A stretch of 64,000 nt of DNA from Alphaproteobacteria bacterium (GCA_014238535.1 JABAAW010000002.1:6659-70658), one strand, 5' to 3'; positions 47,442 through 57,810 are shown, counted from the first letter of the stretch. The notes: generated from the sequence alone by a model not told the origin. Made by a program: numbers and translations.

Positions 47442-48914
47442 TCATAGTTTCTTCTCTTCTATGTGTGCGTCAGGGAAAGTCGCGCGTAGCTCGCTCGTAA
47501 GCGAAGGTGTAACCTTAGTAGGTGTGTCTTTAGATGGCTCGTCTTCAGAAGGTTTACTATCAGTACCCTTAACTTGCCTCTTCTCCGTAACTGCTTGCCC
47601 CTCACTTTCTGCACTAACCGCATTGTTTCCGTCTGTAGGTATCTCCTCTCCCTTCTCCGATTTAGAGTGCGATGCCTGCTTACTATCTGTACGCGTAAGG
47701 CGCGATAAAACTTCGCTCGGCAATGGCATGCCAGCAGCCGTCGTAAGACGCACTACAACCATATCCAGCGCCGCTGGCGGATGTGGCGCAAGTTTCAACT
47801 CTTCATAGCCTCGTAGCGCTATCTGCCACATGCGCGCCAATGAGGCTAGCGATAACTTCGTCGCTAAAGCTCCTCCCCGCGCCCTATCGCTCGGCTCTAA
47901 GGTAGGGTCATCTCCTTGAGTGATCTTCATTCGTGAAAGACGATGTAGGCGTTCCATTATCTCGCGTAGCAACACCTCAGCTTGCGCTCCCTTAGCCAAT
48001 AAATTGTCAAGGTGCGAAAGCGCCTTTGCTAAATCTTCATTCGTAATCGCCTCTAATAGGTCATAAAGCACACCGCTATCCGAAAGCAAAAGCATCTCGC
48101 GCACCTGCGAAAGCGTGATGCTATCATCGTCGCTCTCAGCGAGCGCACAATCTAGTAGAGAAAGTCCATCGCGAACCGAACCCTCCGCCGCATGCGCAAG
48201 CAACAGCGACGCGTCTTCATCTAGAGGCTTGCCTTCGCGCGCACTAACATCTCGGTAGTGTTTCGATAAAACGAGATTATCAACTCGGCGCAGTTCTAAA
48301 CGCAAGCAACGCGATAAAACCGTAAGGGGAATCTTCTCTACCTCCGTCGTCGCAAACAAAAAGCGTAAGTGTGGCGGCGGCTCCTCTAATGTCTTTAGTA
48401 GCGCGTTGAACGCATTGCGCGAAAGCATATGCACCTCGTCTATAATATAAACGCGATAACTAAGCACAACAGGGCGGTAAGACGCTCCGTCAACGATATC
48501 ACGCACTCCGTCAACGCCAGTATGCGAAGCAGCGTCTATCTCTACTATGTCCAATGACTCGCCGCGCATAGAAGCGCACGCACGACAGGATCCGCAAGGG
48601 TCTATACCGCCAATACGCTTCTCGCAGTTAATCGCACGCGCAATCAACCTCGCCGTAGTCGTCTTGCCAACTCCGCGCGGACCAGAAAGCAAAATCGCAT
48701 GGTGGAGCCTCTCGGTGCGTAAGGCGTTCTCGATAACGCGTCGTGCGTGCTCTTGCCCTAAGAGGTCGCCGAACTTGCGAGGGCGATAAGCGCGTGCAAG
48801 GACTAGTCTATCTCCTATAACGCCGTCGGCTCTGCGCCCACCATCGCTGTCGCTGTCGCTACCTTCGTCTAGTAGGCTAGGGGCGGTTTCTTTTGGCTCT
48901 GAAGGGGACATCAT
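47442..48914 (-). CDS. dnaX: DNA polymerase III subunit gamma/tau
   Basis: It has ARAYRPRKF, the Walker A motif GPRGVGKTT, the Zn module CxxCxxC, the IIDEVHMLS box, and SRC. The C-terminus is disordered and acidic. Confidence 0.9.
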   Translation of the reverse strand: MMSPSEPKETAPSLLDEGSDSDSDGGRRADGVIGDRLVLARAYRPRKFGDLLGQEHARRVIENALRTERLHHAILLSGPRGVGKTTTARLIARAINCEKRIGGIDPCGSCRACASMRGESLDIVEIDAASHTGVDGVRDIVDGASYRPVVLSYRVYIIDEVHMLSRNAFNALLKTLEEPPPHLRFLFATTEVEKIPLTVLSRCLRLELRRVDNLVLSKHYRDVSAREGKPLDEDASLLLAHAAEGSVRDGLSLLDCALAESDDDSITLSQVREMLLLSDSGVLYDLLEAITNEDLAKALSHLDNLLAKGAQAEVLLREIMERLHRLSRMKITQGDDPTLEPSDRARGGALATKLSLASLARMWQIALRGYEELKLAPHPPAALDMVVVRLTTAAGMPLPSEVLSRLTRTDSKQASHSKSEKGEEIPTDGNNAVSAESEGQAVTEKRQVKGTDSKPSEDEPSKDTPTKVTPSLTSELRATFPDAHIEEKKL

Positions 48915-48970
48915 TATTAAATTCTACACCGCGTAATGTGATCCTTGCCGTAAGGGTTCATAAAAAAAAA

Positions 48971-49066
48971 CAGGGACGGGCACGACCCAAGTGACTCCGT
49001 TACAGCTGCGCTCTCTCGAACATGACCGGGTTAGCGGAATACCTTGCCCGCACCCATTCCCCAATA
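48971..49066 (-). ncRNA. ffs: signal recognition particle RNA (small/4.5S type); ends approximate
   Basis: The minus strand reads ...GGGTGCGGGCAAGG..CCGCTAACCCGGTCATGTTCGAGAGAGCGCAGCTGTAACGG..TGCCCGTCCC followed by T9. That is the conserved domain IV (AACCCGGTCAxGTxC-GNRA-GxGCGCAGC) with closing helix GGG..CGGGCA/TGCCCG..CCC. It lies upstream of dnaX, as is common in bacteria. Confidence 0.75.
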
Positions 49067-49139
49067 GATAGCATAGTGCATTAAGTAGCATTTTTGCTAC
49101 AATACTTTTGCTCTGTCGTTAACAGAAATTTCCGCTATA

Positions 49140-49940
49140 GTGATACGCATGCTAGGAAATGCTAAAATAGAAACCGCCACATTCTTGGCAATCGGGAACG
49201 AACTGCTCGTCGGTAGAACGCAAGAAAAAAACCTGCAGAGCCTAGCACGATTCCTAAATCCGCGCGGTATAAACATTGTCGAGGCAAGGCTAATACTTGA
49301 TCGTCAAACAGAAATACGCAAAGCCGCTCGCACGCTATCAAGACGCGCCGACTTTTTGTTTACATCAGGTGGAATAGGTCCCACGCACGACGATATAACT
49401 AGCGCTGCCATCGCCGCAGAATTTGGTTGCCCCTTGGAGATTTCAGAGTCACATCTGGAGCAACTTAGCGCATTTCATAAAACACGTGGAGAATCAATGA
49501 ACGAAGCAAGGTTAAAAATGGTGCGTCTACCAAGAGGAGCTGAAGCCATCGATAATCCAGTTTCCATCGCTCCAGGTTTTCGGATCGAAAATGTATATGT
49601 GCTCGCAGGTGTACCGCAAGTCTTCAAAGCTATGCTCGACTCGCTTGCAGATAAAATAGTAGGTGGAGTCGCGCGCTTGAGCGAAACCATTCATACAAGT
49701 CTATACGAAAGCGAATTCGCCGAACAATTAGCTTTGCTACAACAAGAATATCCAGAGTCTGAAATAGGCAGCTATCCACGATTACAGGGTGATAAAACAG
49801 ATAAAAAATCAACAATATCAGTGAAAAAAACCGTAGCAACAAACTGGAAAAACGCGATAGTCGTATCCGACACAGAGCAAAAAAGACTAAGTGAACTTGT
49901 GCAAAAGTTGCATATAATGCTAAAGAAGTCTAAAGTTTGA
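49140..49940 (+). CDS. CinA-like / MoCF-biosynthesis (MoaB/MogA-fold) domain protein
   Basis: It has TATFLAIGNELLVGRTQEKN and LFTSGGIGPTHDDIT, which are typical of the CinA N-terminal molybdopterin-binding domain. Confidence 0.7.
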   Translation: MIRMLGNAKIETATFLAIGNELLVGRTQEKNLQSLARFLNPRGINIVEARLILDRQTEIRKAARTLSRRADFLFTSGGIGPTHDDITSAAIAAEFGCPLEISESHLEQLSAFHKTRGESMNEARLKMVRLPRGAEAIDNPVSIAPGFRIENVYVLAGVPQVFKAMLDSLADKIVGGVARLSETIHTSLYESEFAEQLALLQQEYPESEIGSYPRLQGDKTDKKSTISVKKTVATNWKNAIVVSDTEQKRLSELVQKLHIMLKKSKV

Positions 49941-50017
49941 TCTGCAATATAATCTATTGCTCCTCCATAATCTCAAGTCTAGTTAGCAGCTAGTCATTTC
50001 GCAAAGGGTATCCATAA

Positions 50018-51310
50018 ATGTCATATCATCCAATCTGTCTTGTAGACAATAGTGCAAATAAAAAAAAGCAACTGCCAGCCTCAAAGAACATCAGCATAAG
50101 TTCGGTTATAAAATTTATAGCCGTTGCAGTAATCGCTTGCGCTAATCTTTTTATACTGCCAGCGTATGCTGATCATGGTGCGTTTCATAAAACAGAGGAC
50201 AAGGCGCGCGGGCAAACCGTTTGGTTCGCCGCATGGGCCGGGTCGGAAAAAATCAACGCATACCTGCGCTGGGCTGCCGAAGAAGTAGACAAAAAATACG
50301 GAGTCAAGCTAAAGCACTTCAAACTCGAAAATACCGCAGACGCAGTACGCCGAGTATTAGCAGAAAAAAGTGCAGGAAAACACACAAACGGCGCGATCGA
50401 TCTAATATGGATCAATGGTGAAAACTTTCGAACAATGAAAGAACAAAAACTGCTATTCGGTCCTTTCGCAGATAGGTTGCCAAACGATAAATTCGTCGAT
50501 CACAAAAATAAGCCAGCAACAGTGCTGGACTTCACTATACCGACAGACGGATTCGAAGCAGCTTGGGGAACAGCACAGCTGGTCTTCGTCTACGACCAAG
50601 AAAAAGTCGCAAAGCCACCGCGTAGCATAAATAAACTGCTCGCATATGCAAAGCAAAACCCCGGGCGTTTTACATATCCTGCTCCACCAGATTTTATCGG
50701 AACAACTTTCTTAAAGCAGGCTCTGTATGATCTAATCGGCGATAGTAAAGTGCTAGCAGAACCCGCTGGTGATAACTTCGACAAAGTAACGAGCCCCTTG
50801 TGGCAGTTCCTCGATCAGTTGCATCCTGCCTTGTGGCAGAAAGGGCAAAACTTCCCGAAAAATTGGCCGAAGCAAAATCAGCTGCTGAACGATGGTGAAG
50901 TGTACTTCTCGCTGACATTCAATCCAGGCGACGTTGCTTCCTCCATCAGCCAAGGCACTTTACCAAAAAGCGCGCGGGGCTATGTATTGAAAAAAGGAAC
51001 TATCGGAAACGCCCATTTCGTAGCCATTCCATACAACGCAAACGCTAAAGAGGGTGCTCAAGTCGTCGCCAATTTCTTGCTATCTCCAGAAGCGCAAGCT
51101 CGTAAAGCAGATTTGCGTGTCTGGGGAGACCCAACAGTGCTCGCGATCAATAAATTGACAAAGGCGCAAAAAGCCATCTTTGCAAAAATCGACAGCGAAG
51201 CAAAAATAGGTGCAATGAGCCCCAAAGAACTAGGAAAAAGTCTGCCAGAACCTCATCCAAGCTGGGGTGAACGTTTGGCAAAAGAGTGGCAGAAACGATA
51301 TGGCGGGTAG
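50018..51310 (+). CDS. ABC transporter substrate-binding protein (YnjB-like)
   Basis: 430 aa with an N-terminal anchor or signal peptide. It is the first gene of an SBP / fused double permease / short ATPase operon that resembles ynjBCD. Confidence 0.6.
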   Translation: MSYHPICLVDNSANKKKQLPASKNISISSVIKFIAVAVIACANLFILPAYADHGAFHKTEDKARGQTVWFAAWAGSEKINAYLRWAAEEVDKKYGVKLKHFKLENTADAVRRVLAEKSAGKHTNGAIDLIWINGENFRTMKEQKLLFGPFADRLPNDKFVDHKNKPATVLDFTIPTDGFEAAWGTAQLVFVYDQEKVAKPPRSINKLLAYAKQNPGRFTYPAPPDFIGTTFLKQALYDLIGDSKVLAEPAGDNFDKVTSPLWQFLDQLHPALWQKGQNFPKNWPKQNQLLNDGEVYFSLTFNPGDVASSISQGTLPKSARGYVLKKGTIGNAHFVAIPYNANAKEGAQVVANFLLSPEAQARKADLRVWGDPTVLAINKLTKAQKAIFAKIDSEAKIGAMSPKELGKSLPEPHPSWGERLAKEWQKRYGG

Positions 51311-51349
51311 AACTCTCAAGTAGCAAGGTGGTAAAAGGGGTGAGCTCTA

Positions 51350-53107
51350 ATGAAGTTTGCCCCTCCAGTAACCTTGCTACTCTTTCTCGTGCCCGTGTTG
51401 TGTGGGGTTGGCGCCGTGCTGTTACCAGCAGTCGGATACTTCCCAGCGTTAGATTTATACGAGCTTTCTTTTGCTCCTATAAAAACTTTACTCAGAACTC
51501 CTCATTTAACTAGCTCGATTCTATTTACTATGCGTAGCGGGTTCAGCGCAACCGTGATCTCGTGCGCGATAGTCTTCGCTATCTTTGCATCTTTTAGCGG
51601 CGGCGGCGTTATAAGGAGCTTGCGCTTCATGCTAGCACCATTGCTATCCGTCCCGCACGCAGCAGTCGCATTAGGAATCGGATTCTTGTTCGCGCCAAGC
51701 GGATGGTTCATACGGATCATATCGCCAAGTATAACCGGATTCTCAGAGCCTCCGCTGTGGCTGATAAACCCAGACCCATACGGGATACTCTATATCCTCG
51801 CATTGGTTATCAAGGAAGTACCCTTCCTATTCCTGATAGCATTGGCTGCGCAAAACGCAGACAATAGTCCGAAAGCCTTGATAACAGCCCAAGGCTTCGG
51901 GTACTCGCGCCGTGCTGCGTTCTTCCATGTCGTGTTGCCTACCTTATATCAGCGTATGCGCTTGCCAATATACGCTGTGCTGGCTTTTTCCCTAACAAAT
52001 CTAGAGGTCGCCATAACTCTGGCTCCAAACCGTCCGCCACTATTCTCGCGATTCCTATTAGACCTTTACAATGCTCCCAACTTGATAGAGCAAACCATCG
52101 CCGCTAGTGCAGCATTTATACAAATTTTGCTCGTCTTGATCGCAATAGCAATATGGAGAAGTGCTGAGATACTAATCCATAAAGTATGGCGACTGATGCT
52201 AATGCAAAAAAAAATCATGCAATACAATGGAACTCAAAAAAATACAGCACAGCAAAAAATATCTTCCAGTACAAAATATATATGCGCTAAAGCAACAGAC
52301 ATAAGCGCGGGCGCAAGTGGCATAGCCGTATGTATACTCGGAGTCTTGGCAATAAGTTTACTACCGATATGGTCCTTCGCAAAAGTATGGCGATTCCCAG
52401 CAGCAATGCCGCAAGAATGGAGCAGTAATTTGTGGCTCGAGGCATCCAGTAGGATACTAGAGCCTTGGGGCCTATCGTTGCTATTGGCTCTTGCTGCAAG
52501 CGCTTGTGCTCTAGTGTTGTGCGCGCTATGTCTGGAGCAAGAAACACGAAATAAAAATAACATGACTGAAAAGTCGCTCGATAAGGCTATATTCCTTCTT
52601 TACTTGCCCTTGGTAATACCGCAGACTTCATTCCTATTCGGAATTCAGATATTACTCTTCTCCATCGCAGTGCCTGTGAACTTAATAATATTGATTTGGG
52701 CGCACATGATCTTCGTCTTGCCTTATATCTTCATTTCTCTCGGCGACAACTGGCGAGAACTCGACAAAAGATACAAATTAACCGCGCAAACTTTAGGCTA
52801 TTCCGATAACCGCATAATGTTTCGTATAACCATACCTATATTACTAAAGCCTTTGCTAACCGCTTTCGCATTAGGAATAGCCGTTTCGATCGCCCTGTAC
52901 GCCCCAACCGTTCTGCTTGGTGCGGGGCGGTTTTCAACAATTACTAGCGAGGCAATCGCTTTGGCATCGGGAGGAGACCGTAGGTTAGTCGGTGCTTTTG
53001 CCTTGTTGCAAGCAATAACTCCATGCTTCTTCTTCGTGCTCGCGTTGCTCATACCGCACATCGTATGGCGAAAACGAGCCTTTATGGCTGGATACTCGTA
53101 TAGCTAA
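51350..53107 (+). CDS. ABC transporter permease with two fused transmembrane domains (YnjC-like)
   Basis: 585 aa, polytopic, with two halves that each have the binding-protein-dependent permease architecture. Confidence 0.65.
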   Translation: MKFAPPVTLLLFLVPVLCGVGAVLLPAVGYFPALDLYELSFAPIKTLLRTPHLTSSILFTMRSGFSATVISCAIVFAIFASFSGGGVIRSLRFMLAPLLSVPHAAVALGIGFLFAPSGWFIRIISPSITGFSEPPLWLINPDPYGILYILALVIKEVPFLFLIALAAQNADNSPKALITAQGFGYSRRAAFFHVVLPTLYQRMRLPIYAVLAFSLTNLEVAITLAPNRPPLFSRFLLDLYNAPNLIEQTIAASAAFIQILLVLIAIAIWRSAEILIHKVWRLMLMQKKIMQYNGTQKNTAQQKISSSTKYICAKATDISAGASGIAVCILGVLAISLLPIWSFAKVWRFPAAMPQEWSSNLWLEASSRILEPWGLSLLLALAASACALVLCALCLEQETRNKNNMTEKSLDKAIFLLYLPLVIPQTSFLFGIQILLFSIAVPVNLIILIWAHMIFVLPYIFISLGDNWRELDKRYKLTAQTLGYSDNRIMFRITIPILLKPLLTAFALGIAVSIALYAPTVLLGAGRFSTITSEAIALASGGDRRLVGAFALLQAITPCFFFVLALLIPHIVWRKRAFMAGYSYS

Positions 53108-53138
53108 CACGCACGAACAAAGGTCCAGCGGATTATTA

Positions 53139-53801
53139 TTGCTGGGGGTTTCGATCTCTATAGACGGGAATCGTCTCGTACAAAACTTGAACTTGCGGGT
53201 AGCCAGCGGCGAAATCGTCGTCTTTATGGGGGCTAGCGGATCCGGGAAGTCGTCTTTCCTCTCATACCTATGCGGAACACTCCCTCCATCATTGCAAGGT
53301 AGCGGGCGTATAATTATAGACGGCGACGACATAACATCTCTGCCAGTACACATGCGCCGTATTGGGTTGTTGTTCCAAGACGATTTACTATTTCCTCATA
53401 TGTCCGTCGGCGAAAATTTGGCTTTTGCTCTACGCGCTCGTACCACCAAAAAAAATAAAGAGGCAATACGCAAATCCGTCACTCTCGCTTTGCAACAAGC
53501 CGATCTAGCAGGATTTGCCGAGCGAGACCCAAGTAGTCTGTCCGGCGGGCAGAAAGCGCGTGTCTCCGTTATGCGATGCTTGTTGGCTCAACCACGTGTT
53601 TTGTTGCTCGACGAACCTTTCTCGCGACTCGATATTCCTTTGCGGAAAAACTTTAGAAAATTCGTTTTTCGTAAAGTAATAGAACAGCGAGTGCCAACTA
53701 TACTAGTAACACACGACCCTGCCGACGCACAGGCTAGCGGCGGCAAAAAATTCTCTATGGAGAGATTGGCGATAGAAAAATTGCCATTGGGAGAAAAATA
53801 A
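53139..53801 (+). CDS. ABC transporter ATP-binding protein (YnjD-like, no C-terminal regulatory domain)
   Basis: It has Walker A GASGSGKSS, the signature LSGGQKARV, and Walker B LLLDEPFS. It uses a TTG start. Confidence 0.85.
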   Translation: MLGVSISIDGNRLVQNLNLRVASGEIVVFMGASGSGKSSFLSYLCGTLPPSLQGSGRIIIDGDDITSLPVHMRRIGLLFQDDLLFPHMSVGENLAFALRARTTKKNKEAIRKSVTLALQQADLAGFAERDPSSLSGGQKARVSVMRCLLAQPRVLLLDEPFSRLDIPLRKNFRKFVFRKVIEQRVPTILVTHDPADAQASGGKKFSMERLAIEKLPLGEK

Positions 53802-53950
53802 TAATTAAATATAAGAAATAATATGTTGGCATAAAGATTGCGATATTACATGCGAATAGGTTGAAGGGGGACTTCCATTAAAATATGTTGCAAACATTTT
53901 TTAATAGTCTAGCCATGCAAAAAGCATAAATAACATTGAGGTATAGGATT

Positions 53951-54130
53951 ATGGCTGAAGGGGTAGTATTAGCGAGGCAAGAAAATATAACAAGTACGGA
54001 TTTTGAAAACGCGCTGGAAGATTTGGAAGGCTTTGCCAAAGAACCTAAAGATAGTACGGCGCACCCAACTATTGAAGATTTGGTCAAACGCTTATCTTCG
54101 CTAGGTAGGTATCCGGAGCTTTATAAATAA
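53951..54130 (+). CDS. small acidic hypothetical protein (59 aa)
   Basis: The ATG at 53951 is preceded by GAGG. The ORF-track TTG at 53936 is less likely. I recognise no family. Confidence 0.35.
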   Translation: MAEGVVLARQENITSTDFENALEDLEGFAKEPKDSTAHPTIEDLVKRLSSLGRYPELYK

Positions 54131-54224
54131 AATATACAACGAGGCGTTTGTTATAAAACGTTTCGTAATAGGGTTCGCTCGCGAGGTTTCCTTCTCTTGC
54201 CCTTTACCCGCGTGCGACAGTTGG

Positions 54225-54266
54225 CCAGCTCCCCCCAATAATAAAATAATATGCGGGGGGAGCTGG
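54225..54266. repeat. perfect 12-bp inverted repeat ccagctcccccc / ggggggagctgg with an 18-nt A/T-rich spacer
   Basis: Read directly. It lies between the convergent small ORF and lolD. No flanking T-run on either strand. Confidence 0.6.
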
Positions 54267-54334
54267 TCTCTCATTTGCAAAGTGAAATCTTAATAAATTA
54301 TTTATTAATTATAGTAATAAGTAAATTATCTAAA

Positions 54335-55048
54335 TTACGCAGGTAGTAGTTTTTTGCCATGTATCGAAACCCGCCGTTTAATACTCTTCGCAAGCAGTGG
54401 ATCGTGTGTGGCTACTAATACCGCCCTCCTATCAGCAACCTCCATCATCATCTCAAATACAGTCACCCTCAACTTTGCGTCTAGGTTGCCAGTCGGCTCG
54501 TCGGCTAGAAGTATCGCCGGGTCGTTCGCTAGCGCGCGGGCGATCGCAACGCGCTGACGCTCGCCACCTGATAGTTGTTGTGGACGATGGTGCATCCTAT
54601 TGCGTAGCGAAACTCGGTATAGTAGTTCAACTGCGCGTTTGTGCGACTCATACTTGTCTCTTTGCGCTATGCGCTGTGCAAGCATTACATTTTCTAACGC
54701 AGAAAACTCATTAAGTAGGTGGTGGGATTGATATACGAAGCCAATATTTCGTGCGCGCAATATACTAGCTCGCACTTCAAAGTCATTTTGTGAAGGAGAT
54801 AGCGTCTCACCTGCTACGGTAACGCTACCGCTCGATGGGCGCGCAAGTAGTGCTGCTATATGTAGCAGCGTCGATTTACCGCTACCAGATGGCGCGCTCA
54901 AGACGACCCGCTCGCCGTGCTGCAATGTAAGGCTAGATTCGCTCAATAGACGTAATGTGGAATTGCCGCTAGGGAACTCTTGTGTGATGTTGCGCAAAAC
55001 AAGAGCGTCTTCTTTCTCGCGAACGGTTGCGCTCTGTAGGTTAGGCAT
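54335..55048 (-). CDS. lolD: lipoprotein-releasing system ATP-binding protein
   Basis: It has Walker A APSGSGKST, the signature LSGGERQRVAIARA, and Walker B LLADEPTGNLD. It is coupled to the upstream lolC/E-type permease. Confidence 0.85.
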   Translation of the reverse strand: MPNLQSATVREKEDALVLRNITQEFPSGNSTLRLLSESSLTLQHGERVVLSAPSGSGKSTLLHIAALLARPSSGSVTVAGETLSPSQNDFEVRASILRARNIGFVYQSHHLLNEFSALENVMLAQRIAQRDKYESHKRAVELLYRVSLRNRMHHRPQQLSGGERQRVAIARALANDPAILLADEPTGNLDAKLRVTVFEMMMEVADRRAVLVATHDPLLAKSIKRRVSIHGKKLLPA

Positions 55049-56288
55049 TACGAAGAATTTCTATAGGAGCGAGACGCGCCGCGCGCCGCGCGGGGTAGAG
55101 CGCTGCAAAAAAACTGATTAGTAGAGCTAAGGCAATTATACTCGCAACTTGTATAGGCTCTATGCGTGATGGCAATGACGGTAGCGAATAGACTTCGAAT
55201 GGGAAAAGCCTTACGCCGAAAATCTTCTCAATAAATCTTTCTATCGAACCGATTCGGCTAGCAAAAGCTAATCCCGCGCCAGAACCGATAAGCGTACCGC
55301 TAATGCCGATCACACACCCGATTACTAGAAAAATTCGTAAAATGCCGTTCGGTTTCATGCCTAGCGAGCGTAACACCGCAATGCCTTGGCGCTTGTCGTG
55401 AACAAGCATAACTTGCCCCGATATTATGTTAAACGCCGCGATTAGCACAATCATGGTAAGTATCAAAAACATGACATTGCGCTCAACTATAAGCGCCTCG
55501 TGCAAGCTAGAGTGTTTTTCTTGCCAAGTGGTAATAAGGCTTCGGGTGGGTAGCTGCTCTTGCAGACGTAATTTCAGGTCAGAGGCTTGTTGTGGATTTT
55601 GCAAGCGTATCTCGATTGCATCAACGCCATTACCATAGCCCAATAGGTTTTGCGCACGTGCGATAGGCAATAGCACAAAACTACTATCGTATTCATAAAT
55701 TTCTGTCTTAAATATACCGCTAATGATTAGCGTAGTCTCGTTAGGTAGACTGCCGAAAGCGGTCGAAACCCCTTGCGGTACCAACAAGGAGACGCTATCT
55801 CCAACGTCTAAGGCAAAACGCTGTGCCAATTGCTCGCCGAGCAAAACACTATCTCCGTGCGCAAATTCAGCTCGCTGCTGCTCTGTGAGTGAGTGATACA
55901 GCTTCGGTTTGTAGCGAATACTTTTAGCCGTGATGCCACGTATCAATACCCCACTCGAAATCCCACGCGCGCTCAAAAGCGCCTGACCTTCGATTAGTGG
56001 TGCTGCTAGTCTTACCGTAGAATCAGATTCTGCAATCGATATCAGCTCCTCAGGCATTACAATCTTACCACCAGGGGTCGAAATCGTCGCATCAGCCGTA
56101 AAACCAAGCATGCGGTTAAAAAGCTCCTCGCGAAAGCCATTCATAACAGAGGTAACAACGATAAGGGTCGCAACACCTAGCGCTATACCTACTAGCGCAA
56201 AAACGCTCGTTAGAGTAATTACCCCATCCTCGCGCGGCGCACGCAGGTAGCGCATCGCTATAAAAAACTCAGTCGAAGATGGTAACAC
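55041..56288 (-). CDS. lipoprotein-releasing system transmembrane protein (LolC/LolE family)
   Basis: It has FIAMRYLRAP and a large periplasmic loop with FtsX-type C-terminal helices. The ORF extends to 56408, inside proS. The GTG at 56286-56288 leaves 11 aa before FIAMRYL, and the alternative ATG is at 56255. Confidence 0.8.
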   Translation of the reverse strand: MLPSSTEFFIAMRYLRAPREDGVITLTSVFALVGIALGVATLIVVTSVMNGFREELFNRMLGFTADATISTPGGKIVMPEELISIAESDSTVRLAAPLIEGQALLSARGISSGVLIRGITAKSIRYKPKLYHSLTEQQRAEFAHGDSVLLGEQLAQRFALDVGDSVSLLVPQGVSTAFGSLPNETTLIISGIFKTEIYEYDSSFVLLPIARAQNLLGYGNGVDAIEIRLQNPQQASDLKLRLQEQLPTRSLITTWQEKHSSLHEALIVERNVMFLILTMIVLIAAFNIISGQVMLVHDKRQGIAVLRSLGMKPNGILRIFLVIGCVIGISGTLIGSGAGLAFASRIGSIERFIEKIFGVRLFPFEVYSLPSLPSRIEPIQVASIIALALLISFFAALYPARRAARLAPIEILRNA

Positions 56289-57642
56289 TGTCCGCTGTGC
56301 TCTGCTTTCTAATAAATGGTATAACTTGCTCCAATGGCACGAAGTGCCGCTCGTCGCTCTTGCGTTCCTTAAACTCAATACTACCACTCGTAGCACTCTT
56401 ACCACCAACTATCAGTTGTATCGGTAGCCCTAGCAAATCCATTTCCGCAAATTTAACGCCTGCTCGTACATCAAAACGATCATCGTATAGAGTCTCAAAA
56501 CCATTATTGCATAGCAAAGCATACAGCTCTTCGCTAACTTTGTATTTGCCAGTATCGAGGCATATCAAGCCAACCTTAAAAGGAGCAACCGACTTCGGCC
56601 AAACAATGCCTCTATCATCGTGCGAGGATTCAATGATCGCCGCGACTAGGCGCGATATGCCTATACCATACGAACCCATTTGCACAAAAACCTCCTCACC
56701 AGATGCAGCTTTAATCTTCGCATCAAGCGGTTTTGAGTACTTATCGCCAAAGAAAAAAACATGCCCAACCTCAATACCGTGCGTCTTGATTTGTCGAGAT
56801 CGAGGCACTTGCTTATCGAATTGTAACGGTGTGTGCTCATCGCTGGTCGCCGCATACAGAGAGGTCGCTCGAGATACCATTTCTCTATACTTCTTGCGGT
56901 CATCTTGTGCTGCAAGTGCCCAGCGCATATCTAGCAACGAGCTATCGAGGTAGATAGTACTCTCGCCAGTCTCTGCTATGATGACAAACTCGTGGCTACT
57001 CTCACCACCAATAGGGCCAGTGTCTGCACGCATAGGTATCGCTTGCACACCTAGTCGCTGGAAGGTTCGCAAATAAGAAATAAACATCGAATTGTAAGAA
57101 TCTATACCTCCCTGCTTGTCACAATCGAAAGAGTAAGCGTCCTTCATATAAAACTCCCGTGCACGCATAACCCCGAAGCGAGGACGAACTTCGTCACGAA
57201 ACTTCCATTGAATGTGGTAAAGTAACTGCGGAAGCTCTTTGTAAGTCTTGATCGTCTCTGCAAATATACTCGTTATCGCTTCTTCGTTAGTCGGACCGTA
57301 TAGAAGAGCTCTATCGTGCCTGTCCGTTATTCGAAGCATCTCTTTACCGTAATCTTCGTAACGCCCTGACTGTCGCCATAAATCCGCAGATTGAATCGTA
57401 GGCATAAGGCATTCGTGAGCACCAATGCGGTCCTGTTCTTGCCTTACTATTCTTTCAATCTTCTTCAAAACACGAAAACCTAATGGTAGCCAGTTATACA
57501 AACCAGCACTAGCTTGTCGAATCAAGCCACCTCGGAGCATTAAGCGATGCGAGACCAAAGTCGCATCAGCAGGCGTCTCTCGTAGAGTCGGTAAAAAATA
57601 CGAAGAGCGGCGAACTCCAGTCTTCAACTCGTAAGGGGACAT
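56269..57642 (-). CDS. proS: proline--tRNA ligase (short form without the INS editing domain)
   Basis: It has LPTLRE.PADA...SH.LMLR.G, FRDE.RPRFG..R.REF.MKD.YSF, and GSYGIG.SR. It is 457 aa. Confidence 0.9.
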   Translation of the reverse strand: MSPYELKTGVRRSSYFLPTLRETPADATLVSHRLMLRGGLIRQASAGLYNWLPLGFRVLKKIERIVRQEQDRIGAHECLMPTIQSADLWRQSGRYEDYGKEMLRITDRHDRALLYGPTNEEAITSIFAETIKTYKELPQLLYHIQWKFRDEVRPRFGVMRAREFYMKDAYSFDCDKQGGIDSYNSMFISYLRTFQRLGVQAIPMRADTGPIGGESSHEFVIIAETGESTIYLDSSLLDMRWALAAQDDRKKYREMVSRATSLYAATSDEHTPLQFDKQVPRSRQIKTHGIEVGHVFFFGDKYSKPLDAKIKAASGEEVFVQMGSYGIGISRLVAAIIESSHDDRGIVWPKSVAPFKVGLICLDTGKYKVSEELYALLCNNGFETLYDDRFDVRAGVKFAEMDLLGLPIQLIVGGKSATSGSIEFKERKSDERHFVPLEQVIPFIRKQSTADSVTIFD

Positions 57643-57810
57643 AAAAATACCTTATCCTTTTCCATCTAGTGCTTAAACTATTAGTGCCAACTGATCAGAT
57701 AACACCTTTGCTGATATATTCGTGCAATACATCCGTTTAAAATAATATCTATGCTATTGCTCTTTTTTTGTCTAGGCGATAGATTTTGTTATAGAGTTAG
57801 ATTAGGGAAT

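Noticed and set aside
47442-48914. Programmed -1 frameshift site in dnaX (A AAA AAG type, as in E. coli)
   Set aside because: Reading the minus strand, I found no AAAAAAG heptamer or similar slippery run with a downstream hairpin. Alphaproteobacteria are known to make the short form by other means.
49941-50017. Riboswitch upstream of the ynjB-like ABC operon (TPP), and a cobalamin riboswitch upstream of mttB (26368-26599)
   Set aside because: Neither leader contains the conserved cores (CUGAGA/ACCUGA for TPP, the B12 box for cobalamin). The ynjB leader is also too short.
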